From positions 13,920,914 through 13,984,913 of the forward strand of contig CAVNZM010000003.1 in assembly GCA_963693365.1 (NCBI GenBank): DNA of 64,000 nucleotides, written 5' to 3'. Source of the DNA: Amoebidium appalachense. Taxonomy: Eukaryota; Protista; Ichthyosporea. The stretch's first letter is position 1. Each line of letters opens with the position of its first letter. Both the position numbers and the translations under genes were made by a program. Shown here piece after piece: positions 31,441 through 64,000 of this stretch. Under the pieces are notes generated by a model, which was given only the letters and a program-made list of their open reading frames with translations, did no database searches and was not told the DNA's origin.

Positions 31441-33291
31441 CGATGAATAAATACACAGCTTATATTCTGAAATATGCACTTATAATGGCTTTGCATTATG
31501 CACTTGTTTTCTTTACATGCCAAGTTTACAGTATTAAGCATCCAAGCACTCTATTACTAAAGATACAAACAACACACACACACGAGTTTTTAGTGAAAAC
31601 AATGGAATGTGCTTTGTGTTAGTGGGATAGCGCATCCAATCGGCGCGAGGTGCTCGTATAGCCAATCATAATAAGGCTCAGCCCAACGTGGGTTGCCACT
31701 GTGTTTACATTCGCCACAGGCTCCAAATACTTGGACACTTGTAAATAAAGGGTGACCGTGTGACATCAAGCCATTTTCTATTCGAAGAGCACTAATTTCA
31801 CTCAAAGTAATATGCGCATGGAAATGCATAAAATGTGTGCATAGTGGGTTTTGTGATGCAGTAAATGAAAATAGATCCATAAAATCATTTGTGTCCGCTC
31901 ATATATATGGACGTGTGACTGACAGAGACATAAAACAGTGTATGTTATATATAACGCACACACAACTACTACTATAGCTATTGGGCCATGCAGTCATTGC
32001 AGTGCACACAAAACATTCCGTGATACAGGTGGCACACGTGAGCTCGAGACCCGACGTACAATGCAGAAACATATGCATGCAAATATTAATGGTAAATCAA
32101 CACACTTACAAGCAAAGAGTTAGCTCCTTAACTATTAGACAGGCACTCAAAATACTGCATCAGAGAGAAGCATAACAGTGACTGACATACATCCACCTCT
32201 GTATATGCTCAAATCTTGCACGGGACGGCCATGCCCATAACAGACGATCATAGTAAATTTACTGGGAGTCATGCATGAACTTGCCCTAATTATAAGCTCA
32301 CGTTCACCACAATGTATCGCATTCATACTAACAATAATACTATGACCTTAATCCGCATTGGTCGGACAACTTTATTAATTCTATGGAGGGGGGGGAAAAC
32401 GTGTTTTAGAAAACAGTTGTCATAAACACACCGCCTGATGAGAGTTTGAAAACCTAGATGGGGTGGAGGGGTGTGGATGGGGGTGAATCTTTGTGCCGCC
32501 GTTCGGGAACATGGGTGGCCCGCGCCAGCGGCGCACGTTCACAAACAGAGCACTGGTAGATTCGAGCAGCTTCTTTATGTGAATCACGTGAAACCCGATT
32601 GTGAGCGTGCCCGGGCTTCCATATATGGGAAATAAAATCGTGCTTTTGGCGACAACATTACGCTTATTCGCCAGGCACGTTGACGAAAGAAACACGAGAT
32701 TGGCTTTGCGGCTTTGCCCATATATGGTGCAATTTCCTTTTTTGGAAAATGCGATATATTTCCGCACTGGGTTTTATGCAGTAATACCATAGTCTCGATT
32801 CCATGTTAAACAACATGACAATCGAACGCCAATACTACTGTTAAGAGCTCTTTAACAAGACCTTTAATTACATACAGTTATACGTATTCGCCTGCCTAAT
32901 GTAGCTATGGCATTTACGAAAGAAAGCGAGTGCAGAATGTTTGGCTAACACTTGGACTATTCCATCTGCAAATCTCAACCCCCCCTCTCCCCTCCCCCCT
33001 TCCCCCCAGGGATCCAACTATTGTGGTTATACGTAGTCAACCTCCCCCCGCCCTCCCCCCCCCCCCCCTGCCTCTTCCCCCCCCTCTCCACCCTCACCCC
33101 CCTCCCCCCCCCCCCCCCCCTTCCCCTCCCCCCTCAACTCTCGGCCCACATACGCGCAGACAAATATGCTCCATACGCGCACACATTGCACCAGCCGCTC
33201 TGGTTAATTATCACACACACCAACGAACATAGTGGCAACACACACACACTTTGAAACACCACATGCACACACGCCTGCATGAAGCCTGTAT

Positions 33292-33486
<195 letters not shown>

Positions 33487-34350
33487 TCCAGGCAATTGCT
33501 TGTTGAAAGATGTCTTTTACTACGGCTTCTCCGTCGCACTTTCGATGGTAGTCACATGAAAAATGTGCGACAATTTGTTCTCGGCAAGCTCGTGGGTAAA
33601 TCACCGTCTGCAGCTGTGCAATAGAAATGGGTGCCCTGTCGTGGCTCTTGCATTAAATGTCTGGTGAATTCGGTCACACACACACATACACACACACACA
33701 CACACACACATAGACACACACCCTCTCTCTCTCTCTCTCTCTAACTCTCCCTCCCTCCCCCCCCCCCCCCCCCCTCTCTCTCTACACACACACACACACA
33801 CACAAACACACAAGCACTTGGCTGGGCACATCCAACACACACACACAGCCTCAGTACAACACATAAACAGCCGACCATTTCATAATAGCATTCTCCCCTC
33901 CCCCCCTCCCCCTCCCCCCCCCCCCCCCCCCCCCTCTTCCCCCTTCCCCTCCCCCCTCCCCCCAGCGCAAAAAAGAAGGGGGGGGGGAGGGAGGGGGAGA
34001 GGGGGGAGGGGGCAGGGGGAGTCATGCCGAGAGATAGCATAACAGCAGCAGGCTGTTTGCGTGCGGAGCCTCTGCAATCCCCCCCCCTCCCCCCCCCCCC
34101 CCCCCTTCCCCCCCTTTCTCCCCCCCCCCCCCCTTTCTCCCCCCCCCTCTGAGGGGAAAGGGGAACGGGAGTGTGGGGGAGGGGGGGGGGGGAGGGGGGG
34201 GGGGAGGGACTCAGGGGGTGGGCGGGGTGCGGGCCTCCCCCCTCCCCTCCCCCCCCCTCCCCGAGGGGAACGGGGAACGGGAAGGTTGGGGGGGGGGGGG
34301 GGGGGGGGGGGGGAGGGAGAAGAGGGGGTGGGCGGGGTGCCTGGGGGAAA

Positions 34351-34383
<33 letters not shown>

Positions 34384-35776
34384 CTCAACCCGGTGAGGCC
34401 ACCATCTCAGCTACGGGTCCTTCCGTCCTGTCCGTAATGCACACATTGGATCCCCCCTCCCCCCACCCCTCCCCTCCTCCCCCCCTTGTGCAACCCCCCC
34501 CATCACCACCACCACGGCACCCCCAGGCCTCCTTCCCCTTTTCACTCCTCCCCTCCCCCCCCCCTCCCCCCTCTTACGGTGTTTCATTTACAAGGTCCTC
34601 CCGGCGCTTGGGCTACCAGCAACCTTAAGTGACGCCTTCATCTTATGAGACCCCCCTCCCCCCCTCCCCACTGGGCGGCGCCTTTACAATCGGATTACAA
34701 TGACCCCCCCACCCCCCTCCCCCCACGAACGGCGCTTCTACAATATAATCCGATGACCTCCTCCTCCCCGCCCCCCGTCCCGGGGCCCTTAAAATCTGTT
34801 TACCATGATCCCCCCCCCCCCTCCCCCCCTCCCCCCTCCCCCCCCCCCCCCCGTCCCCCCTCCCCCTTCCCCTGCGGCAAGCGTGTTTTCGGCCGATTTC
34901 CATTACTCTGTGAGTTCTAGTATAGAGGCCTGTAACTTGGCAGTTATAGACACTTGAATTTAAAGTACTTAAAAAATTACTTTAAATGGTTTACATTATG
35001 GGTTTAGCCAACCAGAATCCAAATAGAATCTGATTTTGAGAGTTGATTTTACGAATGAATTCGAAGTACTCATGAGCATATTCTGCTGTTATTTTGCTAA
35101 TTTGGGTGGGTGGGTCGGCGGGTGGATGGGTGGATGGGTGGGTGTGTGTGTGCGTGTGTAGAGGGGGGGGAGGGGGAGGGGGGGGGAGGGGAGGAGGAGG
35201 AGGGGGTGGAAGGGGGGAGGGGGGAGGGAGGGGGGGGGGGAGGGGCTGGGGGTCCCGGGCCCCGTCCCCTCTCTCCCCTCCTCCCCCTCCCCCTCTCTCC
35301 CAACCGCATCATCTGATGGGCACGCCACATGCTCTACGGGCACACAAGAACAGTCCCCCCGTCGGAGAAAACGAGAGCCTAGGAATACTGCGGGGAAGGG
35401 GGGGGGGGGGGGGGGGGGGGACCCCCGGAATGGATGGGGAGGGGGGGGGTGGGGGTTAGGGGGGGGGAGGGGGGGGGGGGAAGGTTGCGGTAATGATTAC
35501 TAAGCCTTATAAATAAATAAACAACCTATTGAATAATAATAACAATAAAAAAAAGTAATATAAATAGTTAATATCTGTACAATGATTGACTATCTGTGCA
35601 TTGGGGTGATGCATGTTAGTTAAGGAGGGGCATCCTACTAGAGTGGGCTCATGTTCTTTCGAATTCCGATTGGGCCAGCCTAATGATTCCAAATTAGTTG
35701 TGGTATGTTTCAGCGGAAGAGTTGCAGAGGAAACGTATACGTGTGTATGTGCTCGCACATGTACATCCATGGCAAT

Positions 35777-35819
<43 letters not shown>

Positions 35820-36458
35820 CGTGTATGTGTGTTTGTGTATGTTGGTGTGTGGGTGGGCGCGCATGCTTGCCCGGGCGCGTGTGTGAGCGCGCATGTGTGA
35901 AGTGTTTCATATACCGTAGCCTACGGTGCGTGTATGTGTCGTGTGTTCTTTGAAAAGTTGGTGGAGGGAGGACTCCCAAGGGGCCGCGGGGGGGGGGGGG
36001 GGGGGAGGGGGGGAGGGGGGGAGGGGGAGGGAGGGGGAAGGGGGCTTCTTCGGCACTGAACTTGAATCCAAACAGCATTAAGTGTCTAAACGGCATTGTC
36101 ATATGGTTTACTTCAAGGCTCTCACTAAGTTATTATTCTAAAAATACCAAATAAATAAATATAAATACCATGGCCTACACCAATCGTCGTTCAGACTCAA
36201 AATCCCGATGCATATCCTGAGCTTTTTGATTGGCTCAGGATGCGGGAAATCGCAATAGCGGTCCACGTGCTCTAAATTTTACATATGCCAGCCCGTTCCT
36301 ATTGATAGTTTTGAGAGTTTTCCCAAAAATAAATCCACTTGCTGCATAACGATATCGAAATTCATTTCCGTCTGTTTTCCCTTTATGAATATTCGCTAAA
36401 ATCATGATTCAGTCATCAGTAGTGAATAGGATCCCCCCCCCCCCCCCCCCCCCCCTCC

Positions 36459-36489
<31 letters not shown>

Positions 36490-37409
36490 AAAAAAATAAA
36501 AGAAACTGCACGGCCTCGAATCATCTTTCTTAAATTGGCATTAATGATATGCAGACATAATGATATTCGAGATATGAAAAAACCTGAGATATCACAGTTG
36601 TTCCAATCTTGCTTTAAAGGGGATATAGACACTAATCGCGAACAACTATATAGAGAGTGTAGACTTAGTTGCACTACGGGTTGATTAGTTTATAAAGACA
36701 TTTTTGGCCTGCGAAGTTGAATATCTAATCAGACCTATTCAAATTTTGTCAAGACGGAAGTGTCTCCGCCCCCTCCCCCCTCCCCAAATGGTGCACCTCC
36801 CACCCTAACCCGTTCCCCCCCCCCCCCCCCCCCCCCCTCTCCCCCCAATTCCCACCCCCCCCCCACCCACCTAAACTTTTGAAACAAAAATAAAAAAAAA
36901 ACAAAAACACACAAAAACGTTTGTGACAAACAAAAAGCAATCATGTTATCCATGAACCACGGTGATAACCACGAACCCCAATCAATTCAATCAGTTAAAA
37001 GGGAGCCGCGGTAGTGTAAATCTAACATCAGGCCACCATTACATATACACACAAGGGCGGCCACTTATACAGCCGACACTCCCACAATGTCACGCAAATT
37101 CATGCCTGCGTTATAGTGGCACACACTGTTAAAGGGGGTTTCTTTTAGGTCGATTTATTGTCACCTCCTTTTGGACTCGGGTCGGTTTGCTGTTTGATGC
37201 ATATGCGCACCAACCGCATTAGTATCCCGCTCGGGTTCGACCCGACCGGAATACCCAAAAGAAGCCCTCTCTTAAAAAACCCATTTTGACCCAAACGTGA
37301 CTCGTTTTCCTCCACTTACGAATACACTTACAGACACGCATATATGATCGAGTCACTCACACACGCGTATGACATATAGAGCCCATTTGGACGACGTGGT
37401 AGTGTGTAA

Positions 37410-37501
<92 letters not shown>

Positions 37502-37738
37502 GTATGTGCGCGCATGTGCGTGTGTGTATGTGTGTGCGTGTGTGTGCACACGTGTGTTTGTGTGTTTGAAGAAAGGGGGGGAAGAGAGGGAGGGGGGAAG
37601 GGGGGGGGGGGGGAGCTACATCGTTCTCGCTATGTTTACAAATACCAGGTGTTGATGTTTGTAAGAACTTGAGGAAAGGCCGAAGCAAACATGTGCGCAA
37701 ACCAAAGGGAGGGGAGGGGAAAAGGGGGGGGGGGGGGG

Positions 37739-37785
<47 letters not shown>

Positions 37786-38421
37786 GGGGAGGAGGGTAGA
37801 ATGGTTTGCCGTGTACAAGCACACCTTAGCGATGGACAGCACAATTCACGTTTTGCAAAACACACCAACACGAAGAATATGCATGTATCATAATCCCAGA
37901 GAAGGTGTCACAAAGTAAGTAAGAAACGAAAACTCATTCTAGGAAAAATCGTACCGTGATATGCGACAAAGAACACAAAACAGGTGTGTAACATAAAGTT
38001 CAATGATCGAGTGAGATTTGTCTTGTAGGCTATCAGAAGCGGGAAAAAAAAAAAAAAAAAACTTTTGAGGGGTCCCGCCTGGGCCCCGGGGGATCCCGCC
38101 GGGCAGCGCGGGGGAGGGGGGGGGGGGGGGGGGGGGGGGAGGGTTGCCATGGTTGGCTTTGTGCAAATTTCTTTATTTCTCGAAGGGAATAGGGAAACAA
38201 ACAAACAAACAAACAAACAAACAAACAAAAAACAAAAACAAAAAAAAAAACGAGCCTCACAAACGAGGCGAGTCTGGTACATACACATCTGAGGTAAGTG
38301 GCATAAAACACACATCTTCACAAAAAAAACACTCCTCTTAACATTTGTAACTCATTCGTGCAATTGTCATATATCACAACCCCCCCCCCCCCCCCCCCCC
38401 CCCCTTCCCCACACACACACC

Positions 38422-38453
<32 letters not shown>

Positions 38454-38768
38454 GGAGAAAAAAAAGTTAAGATAAACATGTCCCCCCTCCCCTCCCCCCC
38501 CCCCCCCCCCCCCCCCCCCCCATCCCCTTCCCCTCCCCTTTACGGTGCTTCTCACACCAAACCTTGCATTCACACCAAGAGCCATGAGATAAGCTCATAC
38601 ACGCTCCGATATGTACATATACACAAGAATAAAAAATCATAGTTACACAAACCTATGGTTGTTAAACGGCCATACAGGAGAAAAAACGGCACGATAGCTA
38701 ATCAGTGTGATGTGCATGTGTGTCTCAGGTGTGTGTGCGTGGATTCGTGTGTGCGTGCGTGCGTGCGT

Positions 38769-38855
<87 letters not shown>

Positions 38856-38882
38856 TGAGTGAGTGAGTGAGTGAGTGAGTGA

Positions 38883-38944
<62 letters not shown>

Positions 38945-38975
38945 ACGCGCGAATGTGTGTGCGTGCGTGCGTGTA

Positions 38976-39052
<77 letters not shown>

Positions 39053-39491
39053 ACGCACGCGCCAATGTGTGTGCGTGTGTGTGTATGTGTGTGCGTGTGT
39101 GTGTGTGTGTGCCCGTGCCAGCAGGCGTAAACCCGCTCTTCTGATACCTAATGAGTTTGGGTACGCGAGTGCATTCACATTTTATATTTGCGACAGTTGA
39201 AACCAGTTCCCCCCCCTTGGAACCATATATGGCAACTCACAACCTAAATGTGGAAATCACCATATATCGCAATTCACTAAATATGGTCATAACGATCGAA
39301 AATGGGCACATTCTTCTACATCTATGACAATTACCTGCCTTAATGTCTGTCAACATATATGGTAATCTACTACCTAAATATGGACATCACGGGATTTGCC
39401 AGGAGCGGTCGATTGGCCTGGCGTGTTTGGGCATTGGGCGGCTGGCAAGCGAGAATCTTACTCCGATCCTGTAAACCAATCAAATCAATGG

Positions 39492-59431
<19,940 letters not shown>

Positions 59432-61217
59432 GGCGTTTAGGCCGGTGCATATGAGCCCGGCCCATCACGAAAAAAGGGCGCAATGCTGAACTTTCGTTCT
59501 CGGAATCAAACCCAGATCTATGATAAGGGAGGTTTAAGAAACAGGGTGAAGAAAATCAAGTGGTCATTCACAAACAAAGGGATGTTGCTTGTGACAAGCT
59601 GAATAAAGGTAAGTGGTATGTGATCAACACGAGTGGTTGTTCTGTGTTTTACGCAAAGATAGGCTGGCTAGAGACAAGAGAGCTTCCAGCGTTGCTCTTG
59701 TTTTCTCTGATCGAAGCCAAATCGAATCAAAAAACGAGAAGAATTGGTGTGCTACTTCCCTTTATAACAGTTTGCCGAATACACGTTTTACTTTAACTGG
59801 TTAGTACTATGTTTTACTTCAACTGGTTAGTACTAAGGACACACACACACCGTGATGGCACACACAAACCTTCACTCGAAGAAAGTTGTGTGATCGTCGG
59901 CAAAAGAGTCTCGAGACTGAGTGCGCAGCCAATCGTAATCCAAGAGGCAGATTTCTAAATATGGTAGATACGCAAACTTTAGTATCTAATGTGGTAGACG
60001 TTCAGCACCTATGATTGGCCTGCTTTATCCTTCGCATGGCTCGGAGTTGTGGGACCCATTCATGAACGTATTTGCGTTGTATGTAATATAGGTAAGTGCA
60101 TTTCTGCAAAGAGTTCTCGCAGTAGATACTGCTCTATTTCCAGCATCGTAAATATCATTGATTTCTACGACCGACATCCTGTAATTTATACGCACAGTTG
60201 GGCGTGTGTGTACACGTGCCTTGAGAACGTCAAATTCCGAAACATTTCAACCCGATAAAATGTTAGATCCAAGTCTTCCTTTCTCCGGGGCCCTAGAAGC
60301 TGTGTTCATTTCTCGTTTCTTTATGACTATCAATGTGTTAGGCTCCCAATTTTTTATACTTTTTTTTTTTACGTGCTTTAGGGACCCTTTCTAAAAGAAC
60401 GACGACGCTATAGGTAGGAAAAATTTACCATTAGCATTCAACAGTCACTGGCGCATCTAGCTGTAGGATCTTCGTTGGAATTTCTGGGTTCTTTTGATGA
60501 CGAGATGATTGGGGCGCTGATGAAAACATGCATTCCTCCAGCCGGCAATAGTAGCTCATGACAGATCTTGAACGGCCACTCCCGACATGAGGCGCGCGGC
60601 GCCGCGCGCGCCGCCTTCTGGCGGCCTAGAAGCCACAGGTTAAATTTAGCTTCTAAACAACAACATTTTGCACCTCTTTATGCCAAAACTTTTTACGTCT
60701 CTAAATAAAAAGGAAAACTGGAATTCACTTTGTTTTCTTGGTGGTGACTGGCTCAATCGAGCACAAATTCACTTCTTTTCAAATTAAAGTTTGATCTATT
60801 CACCAATCACAATTCCCCAGCATCATCTAAATTTCGCCGCTCTGTGTTTCGGTGTTTCCTGTGTGGGCTGGGCTCCGGAGCGTCAACAGTGACACACCAC
60901 ACACGCTCTCTGTTCACCAAGTTTCTGCCATGGCCCGTTGACCTTCTGAACACGCCTTGAGCCCCGGCGTATATTCCTCCCACACCCGGCCAATGTCAAG
61001 CCATGTGCATAGGTAGAGTCAGTGAATAGAATTCATTATTCCACACACACGCACACAGCATCGCAGGTGTTCTAGCACAAGCAGACGTACACAAAAAAAC
61101 GCCCACGAGCACGTCTTTCCACCGCCGTGTTGCTCTTCCAGAGCCACTCCATCTTTTCTACCCATCCATGCGCATACCCATACTTCACCACCAAATCCCA
61201 AATTAGCATGACGTAAC
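59432..61217. promoter_or_regulatory. Divergent (head-to-head) promoter region between FLCN and the membrane-protein gene
   Basis: Nearly microsatellite-free 1.8 kb between two divergent start codons; CCAAT/ATTGG boxes near 59929, 60014 and 60802; CpG-rich patch 60590-60625. Confidence 0.5.
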
Positions 61218-62551
61218 ATGGTCCCCAAACATCCTCTGCTTCTGGCTGCAGCCCTTGCCATTATCTGGCAGGGGCCCGCCTACGCCAACAGTATCCGCTC
61301 TAACGCGGACCCCTCCGACGATGACCCTTCTGACTTTACCCCTTTCCGCCTCGGGGATAGTGATGAGGTTATGCCAAAGGCGAATTTCCGTCTTCCCCCG
61401 CCCAAGGATGTCGACGGTGGGATGACCGACGACTCTGAGGATTATGTTGACTCAGATGACTCCGGTACGTTCCGTGATCCCCTTGGTATATCTCTTGGAC
61501 TGAAACACAACTCCGACAAACCTTCTCAGGATGAAGCTAAAATTGCACCAACCGAAGAGGATCCGGCCATTCCAGCCCGGAGGCTCCCAGTTTCTGCCTC
61601 CGAAAAACCCCCCGCAACACCAGAAATCATCACCCCTAAACAACTGGACAAGGAAAACACAAACCCCTCCGCACCCGAATTCGTACCCGATGGTCGTGCC
61701 ATCGTACTGGAAAACCAGCCCGCTGAAAGCAACGAAAAACCCCCGATTCCACCGCCCAGCTCGGAGCCCTCCCCTACTGTCGAACCCCCCCAATCACCAG
61801 CATCCGACCCTACCCCGCCGACCGCAAAATCCGTTGATGTAACGCCACAACCGGCAGTCATTGCTAGTGCGGCTGCCGACGGTGGGCAGGTGACGCCCCC
61901 CGAACCTACCCCTGTGGAGAGTTACACAACATCCTCGGATAAAGGAGCCAAGAACACATGGATCGCGGTGATAGGGATAATCGTGAGTGTTGGGCTGTGC
62001 GTCTGTGTGGGAGGGTTGTTGTTCTGCCTTCGCCGTCAGCGCGTAAAGAAAAGCGAAGCAATGAAGAACGGCTCATTTCTTCGCACTTCCATTCAAGCAC
62101 GCAGCTCCAAGCCTGGTGGAACCCTCAATGTCAAATCACCGCCCAAACCCTCCGCTTTTGTTGTCTCCCTCCCTTCTCCCACCGAAGCGGTTTTCCTGGA
62201 CAGGGGCGGTGAACATGACCTGTTTGCCCATGACACCACGCCATCAGCCCTACGCCCTCATGCATCGTTTTCCACCGAGGCGATTTCGCCCAACACGGCG
62301 CGTAAAAGGCCGTCACAGAGCCTTTCCCCACGTCAGATGGGTGAGCAGCAGCAGCCGTTGAGACGGAGCAGCAGTGGAATTAACCTGAACAAGAAGGGGT
62401 TAAGTGCGCAAGGTAGCGGCATGATCCGATCGAATTCGATCGAATTTGGGCAGATGTCGCCGTCGGGTGCAACGGGAAGAAAGGATCGGTGGCAGAATAT
62501 TGACTTGGCTCCGGACCAGCAGTCTACACCAGAGGACTCTCCTAGGCAAGG
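61218..62551 (+). CDS. Type I single-pass membrane protein, first large exon (signal peptide, acidic Pro/Ser/Thr-rich ectodomain, TM helix, Ser-rich tail); continues beyond the donor
   Basis: About 445 non-repetitive codons; N-terminal MVPKHPLLLAAALAIIWQGPAYA; TM segment WIAVIGIIVSVGLCVCVGGLLFCL followed by RRQR; GTATGG donor at 62552 followed by GT-rich intron. Confidence 0.85.
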
Positions 62552-62765
62552 GTATGGGTGTGTACGTGTGTGTTTGTGGGTGCACGTGTGTGGGTGGGTG
62601 GGTTTGTGTGTGTGTGTTTGAGCGTGGGTGTGGATGTGTGCGGGTGTGTGGTTGGGTGGGTGGGTGCACAAGCGTTCATGTATGCTTTTGTGGGTGGGTG
62701 GGTGGGTGTTTGAAGCGGTAACCGTTCACGGGTGTGTGTGTATAGTGCGTGGGGGAAGGGGAGAG

Positions 62766-62796
<31 letters not shown>

Positions 62797-63898
62797 AAGG
62801 GGGGGGGGGGGGGGGGGGGCTTCATTTTTGTCTGTCTTTCCATGAAAACTATCTTTTTTTTCTTGTGTAACACTGTACTTTGTTGCCTGTACGTGACACG
62901 TTTTAGTCCCCCCCCCCCCCCCCCCCCCCCCCCCAACACACACACACACACACGCAAAAAGAAAAAAATAAATAAATAAAAAAACCACTGCACCCTCCAC
63001 CCTTCCCCGTGCCATACACACGCCTACATCCCTCCCACGTCTTCAACCCCCACCTGTCTTCCAACAACATCACCACCACCACCCACTCAACACTAAACCT
63101 CGTTTCCCGGTCAATATAGATCACCCCTCACAAATCCCTCCCTCGCTCCCTCTCCTATACAGACACCCCCCCCCCCCCTCCCCCCTCCCCCTCCCCCTTC
63201 CCCCCCCCCCCCCCCCCCCCCCTTCCCCCCCGGCTTCTTATCTGTTTGAGTTTCTACGTTCCATATATGTCGGGTTGCATTTGTATTCTGCACTTCATTA
63301 CATCCTCCCCCCCGGGCACCCTTCCCCATCTCTTTCCTTCTTCCCAGCCTTCCCCCCCCCCCATCCCCTCCCCCCAGGTTTTGGGCTATCGTCGAGTAGC
63401 TTCTGCCTGCACATTTGTGTCTTATGGCTTTGCATTTTTTATGATTAATTGTCCTACAATGTCCGTTCTCTAGGTGCATACACGTCATGCCCCATTCCAC
63501 TTCATGGCTTTCGCTTGTTTCCCTTTTCCTATACCTCCTGCCCCCCCCCCCCCCCCCCCCCTCCCTTTTTTCTTTTTGAGCCCGTTGCAATTTTTTTTGC
63601 ACGGGCGAATTGGTGCACTTTTTATTGACTGAACAATCATATTGAAGCCTGCATGTGTCTTGAGCAGGAGGAAGGGGGGGGGGGGGGGGGGGGGGGGGGG
63701 AAGGTGAGTGGGGGGTTGGGTTGGTGATGATGGTTGCTGTGTACTTCGAGAGGGGGTGAGGGGAGGGGAGGAGGGGGAAGGGGGGGGGGGGGGGGGGGGG
63801 AAGGGGGGAAGAGAGAGACAGACAGGGGAGGTTGAGAGGGATGCGGGGGCGAAAGAGGTGTGTGGGTTGTGGGTGGGTGGGTGGGTGGGTGGGTGGGG

Positions 63899-63935
<37 letters not shown>

Positions 63936-64000
63936 CTTGGTGTTGGAACCCCAATGATTGTATGACAACAGCCCTTTTTGCTTGCTACCCTGTAGTTTGT

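Noticed and set aside
37165-37260. tRNA suggested by GGTTCGACCC
   Set aside because: The loop is 5 nt rather than 7, and no acceptor, D or anticodon arms can be formed.

Overview
Eukaryotic genomic DNA, probably an opisthokont or holozoan-like microbe (inferred from protein content). Introns are long and packed with (CA)/(TG), (GA) and poly-G/poly-C tracts, so almost all ORFs in the supplied track are microsatellite artefacts. Splicing by eye reconstructs three minus-strand genes: a RING-B-box-coiled-coil-WD40 (TRIM-like) protein (3738-18198), a Pho4/NUC-1-like bHLH-zipper transcription factor (22564-28312) and folliculin FLCN (39492-59431). A plus-strand type I membrane protein starts at 61218. 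There is also a possible fourth minus-strand gene at the left edge, a decayed Ulp1/PHD-like relic and several MITEs. The most striking non-genic feature is an intron-resident repeat family with about 11 clear and more than 10 degenerate copies. Its copies share a fixed end at a C-run, vary in truncation at the other end, and lie in the sense orientation of the host transcript. Two subfamilies share a covarying, pseudoknotted, hammerhead-like but non-canonical RNA fold. Also notable are intronic 'echo' copies of exon ends (one with mostly synonymous divergence) and 3' splice sites made of (CA)n-CAG. All gene models were built manually, and homopolymer lengths look unreliable.
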